NCBI RefSeq assembly: GCF_009834535.1
Contig: NC_045696.1
Location: forward strand, 121,894,001 to 121,958,000
Direction: 5' to 3'
DNA: 64,000 nt
From: Camelus ferus
Taxonomy: Eukaryota
The notes under the pieces were generated by a model that had not been told where the DNA came from, did not search any database, and saw only the letters and a list, made by a program, of their open reading frames with translations. A program made the translations under genes and the position numbers. Below, one piece after another: positions 50,440-64,000 of this stretch (positions within the stretch are counted from its first letter, which is position 1; the number at the start of each line of letters is the position of its first letter).

Positions 50440-53400
50440 CATTTTTGTTGTTGTAAAATACATATAACATAAAATTGAAAAATAAACATCTTAACCATTT
50501 TTAAGTATACAATTTAGTGGAATTAGGTGAATTTACCTTGTTGTGCAACCATCACCATGATACATCCCTGTAGCTTTCTTCATCTTGTAAAACTGAAAAT
50601 CTGCATCCACTAAAAAGTAACCCCTGCAGTCTCCTCCCCCAGACCCAGGAAATCAGCACTGTATTTTCTGTCATGATTCTGACTACTCTAAGTACCACAT
50701 ATAAATGGAATCATACAGTATTCGTGTCTTTGACTGGCTTACTTCAATTAGCACAATGTCTTTAAAGTTTATTCATGCTGTAGGATATCAGAATTCCTTT
50801 CTTTTTAAGGCTGAATAATATTCCTTTGTATATACCACATTTGCTTATCCATTCACCCACTGATGGATACCTGTTTACGGCCATGTTTTAGCAATTGGGA
50901 ATAATGCTGCTATGAACACGAGTGTACAAGTACCTCTTTAAGACTCTGCTTTTGATTCTCCTGGGTAGGTACCCAGAAGCAGAATTGCTGGATTGTATGG
51001 TAATTCTATTTTTAATTTTTTGAGGCACTTCCATAATGTTTCCACAGTGGCTCTACTGTTTTACATTCCTACCAACAGTGCAAAAAGATTCCAATTTCTC
51101 CATCCTTGCCAATACTTGCTTTCCGCTTTTTGATAGTAGCTATCTTAATGTGTGTGAAGTGGGTATCTCATAGTTTTGATTTGCATTTCCCTAATGATTA
51201 GTGGTGTGAAGCATCTTTTCATGTACTTGGTAGCCATTCATATCTTCTTTGGAGAAATAAGCATTCAATTCTTTGCCCACTTTTGAATAGCGTTGCTTGA
51301 TTTTCCATTAAGAGTTCTCTAGTCTGGATATTACTCTAGTCTGGATATGAATTGATTAACAAATACATGATTTGCAAGTAGTTCCTCCTACTATGGCAGT
51401 ACCCTCTTCACTCTATTCATAGTGTCCTCTGATGCACAAAATTTTTAATTTTCATGAAGCCCAATTTGCCTATTTTAAAAATTTTGTTACTCATGCCTTT
51501 GGTATCCTGTCTAAGAAATCACTGCCAAATCTAATATTGTGACACTTTGTCCTTGATTTTTCCTAAGAGTTTTATTGTTTTAGGTCCTTGATCCATTTTA
51601 AGTAAACTTTTGCATATGGTGTTGGGTGAGGGTCCAACTTCATCCTTTTGCATGTGGACATTGTTTCCCCAGCATGCTTTATGGAAAAGGCTGTCCTTTC
51701 CCCATGGAGTGGTCTTGGTACCCCTGTTGAAATAACATTTAATCATATATGCAAGAGTTTATTATTGCGTTCTCTGGTCTATTCTGTTGGTCTGTATATT
51801 TGCCTTTGTGCCCTCACCAGGCTGTTTTGACTAATGTAGCTATATAACAAGTTTTGAAATCATGAAGTTTGAGTCCTCCACTTTTTTAAGATTGTTTTGA
51901 CTAGTAATTAAAAAAACTAATAATTATTTTAAATGTATTTGGGGTGCTTTGAGATTCCATATGAATTTTAGGATGGGTTTTTCTGTATGGAAAAAAGTCA
52001 TTGGGATTTTTAATTGGATTTGCATTAAATGTGTAGATCACATTGGATGGTTCTGACATTTTAATGATACTGACTTTCAGTTCCTGAACACAGAATCTGT
52101 TTCCATTTATTTATGTCTTTTAAGATTTCTTGCAGCAATGTCTTGTGGTTTTCACTGTACAAGTCTTTCACCTCCTTGGTTAATTCATTCCTAATTATTT
52201 TGTTCTTTTTGATGCTTTTATTAATAGTTTTGTAATTTCCTTCCCAGATTGTTCATTGTTCGTATAGAAACATAACTGATTCTTGTGTTAATTTTGTGTC
52301 CTGCTACTTTGCTGAATTCATTTATTATTTTTGTTTGTTTTATAGAATCCTTATGCTTTTCTACATATAAGATCATATTATCTGCAAATGAGATAATTTG
52401 ACTTCTTCCTTTCTAATTTTGATGTCTTTATTCTTCTTGTTTAATTTCTTTGGCTAGAATTTCCAGACTATGTTGAAGAGATGGTGAAAGGAGGTATCCT
52501 TGCCTTGTTCTTGATTTTTGAGAAAAAACATTCAGTCTTTCACTGTCGGATATGATGTAAGCTGTGAGTTTTTCATGTACACTTTTTATTATGACGAGGT
52601 CGTTTCTTTCTACTCCTAGCTTGTTGTGTGCTTTTGTCATGAAAGAGTGTTGCATTTTGTCAAATGCTTTTTCTGCATCATTTGAGATAATCATGTGTCC
52701 CCCCCCCCTTTATTTTGCTGACAGGATGTATTACTTTCACCAATTTTTATATGTTGGATCATCCTTGCATTCCAAGAATAAAACCCACTTGGTCATTGTG
52801 TATAATCCTTTAAAATGCTGAACCCTGTTTGCTAGTATTTTGTTGAGGATTTTTGCATCAGTGTTGATTAAGGACTATGGCCTACAATTTCTTTTTTCTT
52901 GTAGAACCTGTGGATACAGAGGGCTGACTGTAATTTGAATTTATACCAGCTTAACATCAATAACATACAAAAACAATTCCTTTACAGTTCTGCCCCCACT
53001 CCTTTCAATAGTTGATGTCACTAAGTTACATCTTCATATGTTGTGTGCCCTACAACATAAACTAGTAATTCTTCTACATGTGTTAGTCTCTTAAATCATG
53101 TGGAAAACAAATAATAAAGTACAACAATACTATACTTTAATAAAATATATTGCTACAGTAATACTGGCTTTATAAGGGCCCAGGAGTTTACCTTTATTGA
53201 GATCTCCATTTCTCCATTTCTCTTCAAGTTACTAATGTCCTTTCATTTCACCTGCAGGACTCCCTTGAGCATTTCTTGCAGGGAAGGTCTACTAGTCACA
53301 AACTCCCTTACTCTCGTTTATCTGGGAAGTTCTTCACTCCTCCTTCAATTTTGAAGGACAGGTTTGCCAAATATAGGATTCTTGGTTGACCGTTTTTTTC

Positions 53401-54950
53401 TTTTACTTGAATATACTGTCTCACTAACTTCTGGCCTCCAGAATTTCTGATGAGAAATCTGCTCATAATCATGTTGAGGATCCCTTGTACATGATGACCT
53501 GCTTCTCCTTGCTACTTTCAAGATTTTCTCTCTGTGCTTGGCTTTTGAATATTTGGTTATAATGTGTCCTGGTGTGGGTCTCCAAGTTCCTTTTACTTGG
53601 AGTGGATATTTATATTTATGTCTTCCATCAAAGTTTCAAAGTTTTCAGCAATTATTTCTTAAAATATTCTCTTCTCCTTTTTTCCTCTTTTCTCCTTCTT
53701 AGGTTACCATGATGCCTACCTCTCTTGGTCTGCTTCATGAAGTCCCACATGTATGAGGCTCTGTTTACTTTTTTTCAATCTTCTTTCGTTCTATTCCTTA
53801 GACTATGTAAGTTCCATTGTCTTATCTTCAGCCTTGCTGATCCTTTCTTCTGTCTGCTCAAATCTGCCTTTGAATCCATGTAGTGAATTCTTCAGTTATT
53901 GTGCTTTTCACCTCCAGAATTTGTTCATAAATTTTTAAAGTTTCTCTTTATTGATATTTCTATTTTGTTCATAGGTTGGATTTTTTGTTTGTTTGTACTC
54001 TCTCCACATCTTTAGCTCTTCGAGCATCTTTAAGACAGTTGTTTTAAAGATCTGTCTAGCAGATGTGCTGTAGATCTTTTACAGGGACAGTGTTTATTTA
54101 ATCTTTTCCTTTGGATGAGCCATCTTTTCCTGTTTCTTTCTATGCTTTATGATCTTTTTTTGATCACAGGACATTTGAATTGAATAATGTGATTAACTCT
54201 ATAAATCAGATTCTTCCCCTCCCCCAGTGTTTGCTGGTTTTTGTTTTTGTTTATTGTTTTGGGTGTTTGTGGCTATTGTAGGCTATTTCTGTGCAGAGGA
54301 TAAGCCTGAGGTATAACCTAAAGGTCTTCTCAGGTCTTTTCTGAGCCTTTCCCTTGGGGATGTGCAGTCACTTACTAATTTTTCCTACATATGCAGTTGT
54401 TTTTGAATGTTCTAGTCTTTAATGTCTGGCTCCCAAAAGGGGAAAAAGTGAAAAATAAAGGGGTGTGGGGAATGGCACTGGGCATTTAAATCCCCTGGAG
54501 GTCACTTCAGCTGGATGGGGAGAGGCTTGCAACAATGTGGGGAGGCACAACAACGGTGGCTGTGCCTCTAGTCAGAAGTGGCAGACAGTGATCAGAACAC
54601 ACATCCCCGGTGTCTGGAGGACAGGGTTTTGGGTTTGTTTTTGATTTCGTTTTTTTGGCCATTTTTTGTCCCCCAGGCTGCTGCAAGGTGCTCTGCATCA
54701 CGTGCACAGCCGCCTGCCACGTGGCCTGGGGTGAGGCATGAGTAGCTGTTACTGTGCCAAGAGCTGACACTGACCAAAGTTTACCGCAGTCTACCCTCCA
54801 GACCTTACCCTGGACCTTGCAAGTCTTCAACAGACTTCAAGTTCTGAAACAGTTACATCAGACAGACTCTGCCAGGGCCATTTTTGTCGAGGTGAGGGGG
54901 AAGAATCTTTGTACTTCCTACACCACCTTCTTCCCAGGTTTCTCTGCCGA
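50440..54950 (-). mobile_element. Old L1 (3' UTR, ORF2 RT, ORF1, 5' region) with an internal deletion near 52900
   Basis: RT peptide MIISNDAEKAFDKMQHSFM; ORF1-type antisense text ttctgatgagaaatctgct at ~53450. Confidence 0.85.
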
Positions 54951-55322
54951 TCGCTGCTTGCTGAGACAATGCGCAATGTTCACAGCTTGCTCTGGCAGGA
55001 AGATCAATGCTTGGTCATGTGTTTACTTCTTTGACATAGTTTAATTCAGTTTCCCAGGATTTTTGTATTTATGCCCATTAAACATGATTCAATGTACTTT
55101 TATTTTAGTGTTTCCAAGTTACAGTAGCTTTACAAAAAATTAGGTAGATTTCCATAACTTTCTATACTTTGTAGTAATTCATGCAGCATTGAAATGAACT
55201 GTTTCTTAAAAGTTTCAAAAATACCATATGAATTTGGAGCCATTCTGAAAGCTAATTCTTTGAAAACTTCTTCAAACTCTTGCTTGCTTTTTGGACCACT
55301 GAAAATTTTAATACTCTAATGC

Positions 55323-55767
55323 GACAACATAATGCCATTTGCAGCAACATGAATGGACCTGGAGAATGTCATTCTAAGTGAAGTAAGCCAGAAAGAGAAA
55401 GAAAAATACCATATGAGATCGCTCATAAGTGGAATCTAAAAAACAAAAACAAAAACAAACAAACAAACAAAAACAAAGCATAAATACAGACAGAAATAGA
55501 CTCACAGACAGAGAAGACAGACTTGTGGTTACCAGGGGGGTGGAGGGTGGGAAGGGATAGACTGGGATTTCAAAATTGTAGAATAGATAAACAAGATTAC
55601 ACTGTATAGCACAGGGAAATATACACAAAATGTTATGATAACTCACAGAGAAAAAAATGTGACAATGAGTATGTATATGTCCATGAATGACTGAAAAATT
55701 GTGCTGAACACTGGAATTTGACACAACATTGTAAAATAATTATAAATCAGTAAAAAATGTTAAAAAA
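55323..55767 (+). mobile_element. Young camelid-type L1 3' end with perfect TSD
   Basis: TSD aatactctaatgc at 55310-55322 and 55768-55780; A-rich tail. Confidence 0.92.
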
Positions 55768-56199
55768 AATACTCTAATGCATCTTTGATAATGTATACTT
55801 TCCTATCTTACCAAGATTTTCCATTTCAGGAATATGTAGTGTAATTCTTAATCGTTATTAGATATGTAATGTTTTAACTTATGATTTTATTTTATCTTTA
55901 TTCTGCTTTATTAACTAGATTTATTGGGGTTAACTGGCAATATTATGTACTTTTATTGCTTTTTACCAAGCACTAACTTTTAGCTTTGCAAATCAATTTT
56001 TCTGTTTTACGTAATAGTTTATACTTTTACTATTTATTTCTCATCACTTTCAGTGAGTTTATTTTATTGATTTTTTAACCTCTTTTAAGAAGTCAGTTCA
56101 TTTTCTTATTTTAAATTTTTAAGAAAGGCAGCTATGAATTTGCCTAAATATCAGCTTACTTACATTGCATGGTTTTCTATTAATTTTTCACTGAGACTT

Positions 56200-57200
56200 C
56201 ATTTACTTGTGTATTAAACAAACATTGAATTCTAACAATTTCCCAGCACTATTATGGCCTTCAGTACACAACAATGACAAAAATAGAAAATCTCAAGTCC
56301 TATGGTACTTGCAGCTAAGAGAGACAATCAGAAAGGTAAAACCAGAGTATGTAGTATATTGCTGAGGATAAGTGACAGGGGCAGCCATGTGCACACGGAG
56401 GGGGCAGGTGATGGAGGAATAACCAGGTGCACACGGGGGAGCAGGTGATGGAGGAGCAGCCATGTGTACATGAGGAGGTGGGTACAGATGGAGAGTGGGC
56501 CTTTCAGGCGGAAGAAATCACAGTGCTGAAGGCACCAACTTGGCAGCCTGGAGGTTTTTTTTTTTTTTTTTTTTAAACATTTTTAAATTGATTAATAGTC
56601 ATTTTACAATGTTGTGTCAAATTCCAGTGTAGAGCACAATTTTTCAGTTATACATGAACATACATATATTCATTGTCACATTTTCTTTTGCTGTGAGCTA
56701 CCACAAGATCTTGTATATATTTCCCTGTGCCATACAGTATAATCTTGTTTGTCTATTCTACATTTTGAAATCCCAGCCTGTCAGCCGGGAGGTTTTGAGG
56801 AAATCAAAAGGTCGGTATGCATCAGGCATGGGATGAGGGGGAAGAGGACAGTGGGGACGGTGGGTGGGAACAGCAGAGCAGGAGAGGGAAATGCCGGAGC
56901 TGTAACAGGACTTTTGGTCCCTGTAAGGACTCCTGACAGTGAACTGTGTCTGACTTCTGTGTTTCCTCTGGTTACTTTTCTGGAAATAGACCAAAGCAGG
57001 GGATGTGGGAAGCAAGTTAGGAGGCTTTGTGAATAAAATCTGAATAAAATGTGGCAGCAGTGGAGGTGGAGGTGGGATAAAATGGGAAGATGCCTATGAG
57101 ACTCTGGCCCCTGCCGGGGAGACCAGCACTGTTGTTCATCTAGGTGGGAAGATGGGTGAGCAGGTCTAGAGTGAGGGTGGGGAGCAGACTGGGACCACAG
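56200..57200 (-). mobile_element. L2 LINE fragment interrupted by a young L1 3' end (56559-56781)
   Basis: L2-like ttcatttacttgtgtattaaacaaacattgaat and ctgtaaggact; L1 flanked by TSD cagcc(t/g)ggaggtttt at 56544 and 56782. Confidence 0.7.
56383..56492. repeat. Degenerate ~37-bp minisatellite, about 3 copies
   Basis: cca(t/g)gtgcacacgg..ggcaggtgatggagga repeated. Confidence 0.75.
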
Positions 57201-57329
57201 AGTCCTCCCTCACTCCTAGCCTTCATTTACTCAATGAATAATGTAGGGGAGAATCCTTTATTTCCAAGTGGGTGCAGATGATTCATTTGCTTGTTTACAG
57301 ATTCCTTAAAATGACAAGTTTCATTAGTA

Positions 57330-57560
57330 TTAGTAGCAGCAATTACTGCCACTCACTCAGGCTGTCTCAGGCCCTGTGCTGAGCACGGTATTGGATTATC
57401 CCATGTGCAATCACCCTAATAAAGTGTCTCACAGTTCAGGTACTTAAGGCTTAGAGAAACCGAGTCATTTTCCCAAGATGTGCTAGAGAGGCGTGAGGTT
57501 AGAAATGGAGCCCAGAGCACTGCAGTCCAGACCCCGCGGTGTGTGATTACTGCTCTTGCA
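57330..57560. mobile_element. MIR SINE
   Basis: ggccctgtgctgagcac, aggcttagaga, ttttcccaagatg. Confidence 0.6.
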
Positions 57561-58739
57561 AATTTTCAGATTCTCTTCAGTGTAAAATTTGATAAACTTT
57601 TCTAAATACTCCATGTTATGTTTTGATCAGATTAATAATAATGCATTGACACTCCTACAGTCTCCACATACTTTCCTCTTATTTCTAAGTTTGTTTTGTA
57701 TACTTTGAAGTTATTCAATATTTTATTCAAGTTATAGCCTCATTGTACAAAGTTATTTTTATCAGTATTAAAAAGACTCCCTTTCTTACACATATGTTAG
57801 AAAAATCATGGATCATTTCTTGAAAGATACACAAAAGACTGGTCACACTGGTCAGCCCCAGGAAGGGAGCCAGGAGTCCCGACCCCACATGTCTCCTCTT
57901 GCAAGGATTATCCATAAAGAAGAAGGCCCTTATTTTACTGCTTCTTTGGGAGGAGGGGGAGGATGGAGGTGAAAGCCATATCTGTGTTAGGTACCTGGCC
58001 TTTCAGACTGACCTGTCATGGTTTGTACAGATTACACAGCTGAACTTCTGCCAAGACACACATGAACACTCGGGCCCTCCCATCCCACAAGAACAGGCAG
58101 ACAGAAGTTTGTCCTCACAACTGAAGCAGCCCCATTTTTGTTTCAGCTCTGATTTGGAAGGTAGTTAAACTGTCAAAACACACTCCCTACCATTTTCATT
58201 TTCCTGCAGCTGGGATCATTTATTCAGGCCACTACTGTTACTGCAGGTTGACAGATTTAGTATAGGATTGGGACACCAGAACAGTCAGAAAATCATCAAC
58301 AAACTCCCCATAAATGCGCCGACAGAAAGGAATAACAATGTATCTCCCAATGAGACTACTACTTGTTTTATTTTTTTAATGAGCATTAGTCACATTAAAG
58401 TTAACCATTTTTAAAGACAATTTAAATCACATAAACATCACACATGTCATTCCCAACTACACCTGTGGGGTCATACAGCTGGCATCACTACCACCCTCCG
58501 CCCTCTTCCCTAAATACAGCTTCACACTTGTCCTGCTATGGTTACACGGCCTTGATCTTGACTGAGAGACTAAAATGTCATCATCTTTTCCTTCGTGTCC
58601 TGGAAGCCCCCTGACACCCGCCTCCAGGGCACAAGGTCGGTGAGGCCCTGCTTGGATCTCCCTGAAACCCAGACCCACAGCTGTGCTGTAGCCGAGGTTT
58701 TATATCCTTCCCACTATTCTAAAAGTTATTTTTCATTTC

Positions 58740-59040
58740 CAGGTTTATTGAGCTATAATTGACATAGAACACTGGATAAATTTAAGGTGTATGGCATAAT
58801 GATTTAATATACGTCTATACTGTGAAATAGTCACCACAATGAGTTATCATTAATCACCTCACAGTTACACATTCTTTCCTTGTGATGAGAACTTTTAAGA
58901 TCTACTCGCTTAGCAGCTTTCATATATAAATAAAGTTACCGACAGTCACCATGCTCACATGACAGCGCCAGGACCTACACATCTTATAAGTGGAAGTCCG
59001 ACCCCTTAGCACTCTTGTCACCTTCACTCAGCAACCCCTT
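58740..59040 (-). mobile_element. L1M 3' UTR fragment
   Basis: tttattgagctataattgacata, tgatgagaacttttaagatctactc. Confidence 0.75.
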
Positions 59041-61224
59041 CTGCAAGTTCTTAAAGGGCAGTGAGCACGTGTTCCTCAGACCCTCCTCGTGTGAACGTAG
59101 TGCCATTGACTGCCTGGTGTTTTCTCAAAAAAGGGACGAGTGAACAGGGTCGGTCTTTCCTCTTTCCCCAGGAAGGTGTGTCCACAGGCCCTTCAGCTCA
59201 CAGCAGGGAGGCCTGAGGGTCTGCAGCACTCAGGGAGCTTGGCCCTTCTCTAGTTACACTGTGGACACCTCTGTATAGACGCACTACACTGAGAATCGCT
59301 CTTGTTTACACAACTTCATTTTGCAGGCAAGGTGCAGAGGCTCTGGAGAGACAGTGCCTGCCCCAGCCCCACAGACCCCAGGCCTCCTAGGTGCCTCTTC
59401 TTGGTCCCCAGACCACGCTCCTCCCCACTCCTCCCTCTCAGCCTTGCCTGTGAAGGCCCAGCGGAGCTGGGTCTCGGCCCTGACCTCTTGATCAGCAGCT
59501 TTAGCCTGTGTTTCCTTTGGTTCCTGGGTGGCCTCGGAGCCCCACCTCTGAAACTCTGCCTCCATCCCGCGTTTGCCAGTCTCTTCCCCCTAGTCCTGCT
59601 CTCAGCCACGCCAGTGCCCTAGAACCATGAAGCTGCCACACGTTCCCCTCCCGCCCACTCCAGTTATGAGCATCTTCGTATCTGCTCTTCTGCACTCAGC
59701 CTTGTTGGATGGCGGTGCTGGTCCTGGCTGGAACACCAGTGCGTGTCCCTCTGCACGCCACGTGAGCTGCTGCCCTCCCCTAGCCCTCCAGTGCATGAGT
59801 ATTGGTTCTTTAAAACCTGCCTTTTCATCTTCATGAATAAGTAAAGCTCACCAGAATCCAGAATCCCTCCCCCAGAAGGGCAGAAGGAAGCAGAGCCGCC
59901 CAGCAGATAGGTGAGCATGGCCTGTGCATGGCACAGACGCCACCTTCCTCACACCGACCAGGCCTCTCCTGGGCCTGCAGACCTACTGTGCACAGTCAGC
60001 GTGCTCTGTTTCTCTTACCAGACCGCCCCACCCCATGGCCTTCCTCCCATGCTGCGCACTTCCCCGGGGAACAGTGTCCCCATCCCACCACGGGAGGAGG
60101 CGCCATCAAGACCAGAATCATTGAGAAACAGACCCTATTTTTTTCACTATTACTAATTCTACAAAATCAAATTCCTCCCAAGCATAGTGCTGTTAACTAA
60201 CGACACAGCCGTTGATTTTGCAATGAAATTACGGGAGCTCTGTGCTCCCCTGGAACAAAGCAAGCCTTCCTATGCTGCTCTCGTATAGCTGAGGTTGCCC
60301 ATTTTATCCTGTGAGCAGCCTGAAAGATGCATACAAATGGAAGGATGACGGTAAATTCAGCAGCGCTGTGACGCACCATGGAGACGTGAGGGCACCAAAT
60401 CAACATCCCCAACAAAAGGCCAATATGCTTTCTCACCCGCCCAGTGGTGACTGCATCATGAGGGCTGGGAAGGAAATAAACAGCCCCATTTTTCTGAGTG
60501 CCCCCAACCGCAGCGTAGAATTGGGTCAAACCACACTACCTTGAGGCATGGGAAAGGCTCTGCTGGGCACTTGGCCACGTACCTCCAGTCCCCATTGCTC
60601 ACAGAGACTCAGTATTGTTCCTACATTTATCCACCCTTCAAAACCAGCCTGCAGCTGGTGCTGTGGCTGCTGGGGCTACAGCAGCAGTTTGGACTGTGCA
60701 GCTAGGAGTCTCGGTGGCAGGTGTGTGAAATGATGGTAGCAACGGAAGATCAGTAGAGCCTCGCTGGCTGCTTCTCCATCTCATGCTGGACCCACCCACA
60801 CTCCCACTTAGCCATTCTTACATATTCTTCAGTCCTTTCCATCCATACACTAGATTGAGCTTCCTACTTGCAAGGCTTCCCAGCATACTTAACTTTTCCC
60901 CATAGCGCTCAACACGGTCGGTGACTATACAGTTACTTGTGCAAATTACACAGTGCTCCCACATATGGTTGTGTAAACCATGCAATGCACAAGGGAATGA
61001 GTGAGCGCTGGGACCCAGGCTGCACTCCAGTGCCCCACACACCTGCAGCACCTTAGCGGGTGTGCAATAAATATGCATCAAGTGAGGCCCCAGTGTGGCC
61101 ATGGCAAATCCCTACCCTAAGTTGAGTTCACCCAGCTCATAGACATAAGTCTGCTTGGTGCCTGAGCTGTAAGTCCTGCTGATGCACTCAGCACAGTCGG
61201 TAGCCCAAAGTATACACAACAGGT

Positions 61225-62855
61225 TAAAACGCACAATGATATAGAGAAAACCCTAAAGATTCCACCAAAAAAAACCCTACTAGAAATAATAAATGCAGTA
61301 AAGTGGCAGAGTATAAAGTCAATATACAAAAATCTGTTGTGTTTCTATATAGTAACAATGAGCTAGCAAAAAGAGAAACCAAGAAAACAATCCTTGCTGC
61401 CCTGACACTGCACACTCCTCGTAGAACCAGATGCCATTTTTTTCAGTTGATTTTTTAGCGGAAACTCTACAGGCCAGAAGGGAGTGGCATGATATATTTA
61501 AAGTGATGAAAGGGAAAAACTTAGAACCAAGAATACTCCATCCAGCAAGGCTCTCATTCAGATTTGATGGAGAAATCAAAAGTTTCACAGATAAAAAATA
61601 GCTAAAAGAATTCAGCACCACCAAACCAGCTTTACAACAAATGTTAAAAGAAATTCTCTAGTCATCAAACCGTAAGAAAAGAACAAAAACAAGAAAGAGA
61701 AAAAGAAGACCTACAAAATATTGCTTTGGCAATTTGGAGTCTTTAATGGCTCCATATAGATTTTGGAATTGTTTGTTCTAGTTCTGTTTAAAAAAAAAAT
61801 TTGTGGGTGTTTTGACGGGGGTTGCATTGGATCTGCGGGTTGCTTTGGATGGTATGGTCATTTTGATAGTGTTGATTCTTGCAATCCAAGAGCACAAGAT
61901 ATCTTTCCATTTCTTTGTATCATCTTCAATTTCCTTCATCATTTTATAGTTTTCAGAGTATAGGCAACCTCCTTGGTTAAGTTTATTTCTAGGTATTTTG
62001 TTGTTTTGGATACAATGGAAATGCTTATGCCAGTTAAAAAATTCTGGGTTTTGAAGTTAAAAAAAAAAAGTGAATGAAGGGCAGCAAATGGCAAAATATC
62101 TTACTTTGTGGGTGAGTTGTGTTCCATTGCATATGTATGCTACATCTTTGTTCACACATCTGTTTATGTGCACTTGGGATGCTTCCATGTCTTGGCTATT
62201 GTAAATAGTGTTGCTGTTAATAGTGGGGTGTATGTATCTTTTTGAATTAATGTTTTTGCTTTTCTTGGATATATGCCCAGGAATGGAATTGCTAGGCCAT
62301 GTGGTGGTTCTATTTTTGGGTTTTTGAGAAACCTCCATGCTGTTTTCCATAGTGGCTGCACCAATTTACATTCCCACCAACAGTGTACAAGGGTTCCCTT
62401 TTCTCCACATCCTTGTCAACACTTGTTACTTGTTTTTTTGTTTGTTTGCTTTTTTTGATGATGGCCATTCTGACAGGTGTGAGATGATGCCCTGTGGGCC
62501 ATCTGCATTTCCTCTTTTGGAAAAATGTCTGTTCAGTTCTTCTCCTCATATTTTAAGTGGGTTGTTGTTTATTTGCTTTTTAATTGAAATATAGTTGATT
62601 TAAAATGTCTTAGTTTCCGGCATACAGCATGGATGGACTTAAGAGAGCATTATGCTAAGTGAAATAAGTCAGACAGGGAAAGACGATACTGTAAGATATT
62701 ACTTACATGTGGAATCTAAAAAAATACAACAAACTAGTGAATATAATAGAAAAGAATCAGACTCACAGATGTAGCGAAGAAACCACTGGCTACCAGTGGG
62801 GAGAAGGAAGGGGGAGGGGCAAGATAGAGGTGGAGGATTAAGAGGTACAAACTGG
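61225..62855. mobile_element. Rearranged L1 mosaic of plus- and minus-strand pieces
   Basis: + ORF2 piece ~61225-61395; + ORF1 end ~61440-61718; - ORF2 ~61720-62020; - 3' region ~62095-62625; + 3' UTR ~62628-62855. Confidence 0.8.
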
Positions 62856-63674
62856 GAAAGCTTTCAGCAGGCATTACTCAGAGGTGAGATAAGAGTCTGA
62901 AGTAAGACTAGACAGGATCTGATGACCGATTTATTATAAGGGGGGCTGAGGATTCCATTTAGACAGACAGTGCACTGTGATGCAGAAAAGAGATGGGGAC
63001 AAGGAGAGGGGGGTGATGGGGGCGCATGGCATCCTTGCCTAGAAATACTGAGATGCTGAGGACATTCAACCAGAATGGTGCGGCCACAGCCCAGGAAAGG
63101 AACCACAGACCTGCTACCATGGACCAAGGACACACGGCATCTTGCATCTGTGGCCACATGGGGTGCTAGAAATCCATGTAATGAAGACAGAAAGGAACAG
63201 GAAATTCATTAGTCTTTTATCCATTTCTCTGATCTGTCTGCTTCTTGAAAAAAAAAAAAAATCAAAGGAGACTGAAAACTCAGACTAATCCAGATAAAAT
63301 CTAGCTTTTAGCTCCCATTTTAAGTAAAAATTTTCACATTACCCTATTCTGGGGTACAATTTGAAGCCATTCAGGTATTTCCAAATATGTAAGAACAAAA
63401 ATCCACTTATGCATGAAAAATGATACGAACCTTAAGTCAAACTTTAGGGTACAGCAACCTCTGAACTGTTGTGGAAAATACACATTCAAATTTTTGAGGA
63501 ACATTGTAAAAAATAATAAAGGTGATCTTTTTAAAAAGAAAACCCTGGGGAGAATTTGATGGAAGAAAACTGTAAGACACAGATCAGCAAACACCCATCC
63601 TGCACCTCTGGGTCTAAAAAGCAGAAGAGAGCGAGCTCTTCCCACACTCATTCCCCTGTTTCTTTCTTCTTTGA

Positions 63675-63970
63675 AAATAACTTTTCTGAGGTGTGATCAA
63701 CGTAAAAAAGGTGAACACATTTAATGTCTAAAACTTAATGAGTTTAGAGATAAATATACTCCATGAAGCCATCATCACATAGGTACCAAAAACCTATCCA
63801 TCCCCTCCAAACATTTCCTCCCACCCTCTGCATTGATGATAACATTGAGCACGAGAGCTGCACTCTTAGCAAACCGCGAAGTGTACCACCCAGTGTTATT
63901 AACGACAGTCCCTATGCTGTGCAGCACATCTCTGCCACTTAACTTGCAAACTGAAAGTCTGTAAAAACCA
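63675..63970 (-). mobile_element. L1M 3' UTR fragment
   Basis: ctatccatcccctccaaacatttcctccca, ctcttagcaaa, ctatgctgtgcagcacatctct. Confidence 0.7.
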
Positions 63971-64000
63971 AGGCAGGAACTGCTCCTAGAATTCCAACTG

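Overview
Mammalian genomic DNA, most likely camelid: it carries tRNA-Ala-derived vic-1-type SINEs and camelid-type young L1 3' ends. No intact conventional protein-coding gene was found, and much of the window is L1, L2, MIR, MaLR/ERV LTR and Tigger debris. The key feature is a minus-strand mosaic locus. A CpG-island promoter carries degenerate copies of COL18A1 short-isoform exons 1-2 (~19486-19950). Downstream, in the same orientation, lies an intron-containing duplicated fragment of EGFR: kinase exons 20, 21 and 22 at 15914-16099, 7191-7333 and 6337-6412. All splice sites keep GT/AG. Each parent is disabled in its own frame: the COL18A1 ATG is lost and exon 2 is shortened, EGFR exon 21 is frameshifted right after DFG, and exon 22 has a TGA. 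Even so, the predicted spliced chimeric RNA has one uninterrupted frame, and its first AUG (16087) lies in strong Kozak context in the kinase frame. Gene identities come from recognising the translated sequences from memory, not from a database search. Repeat boundaries and subfamilies are approximate.
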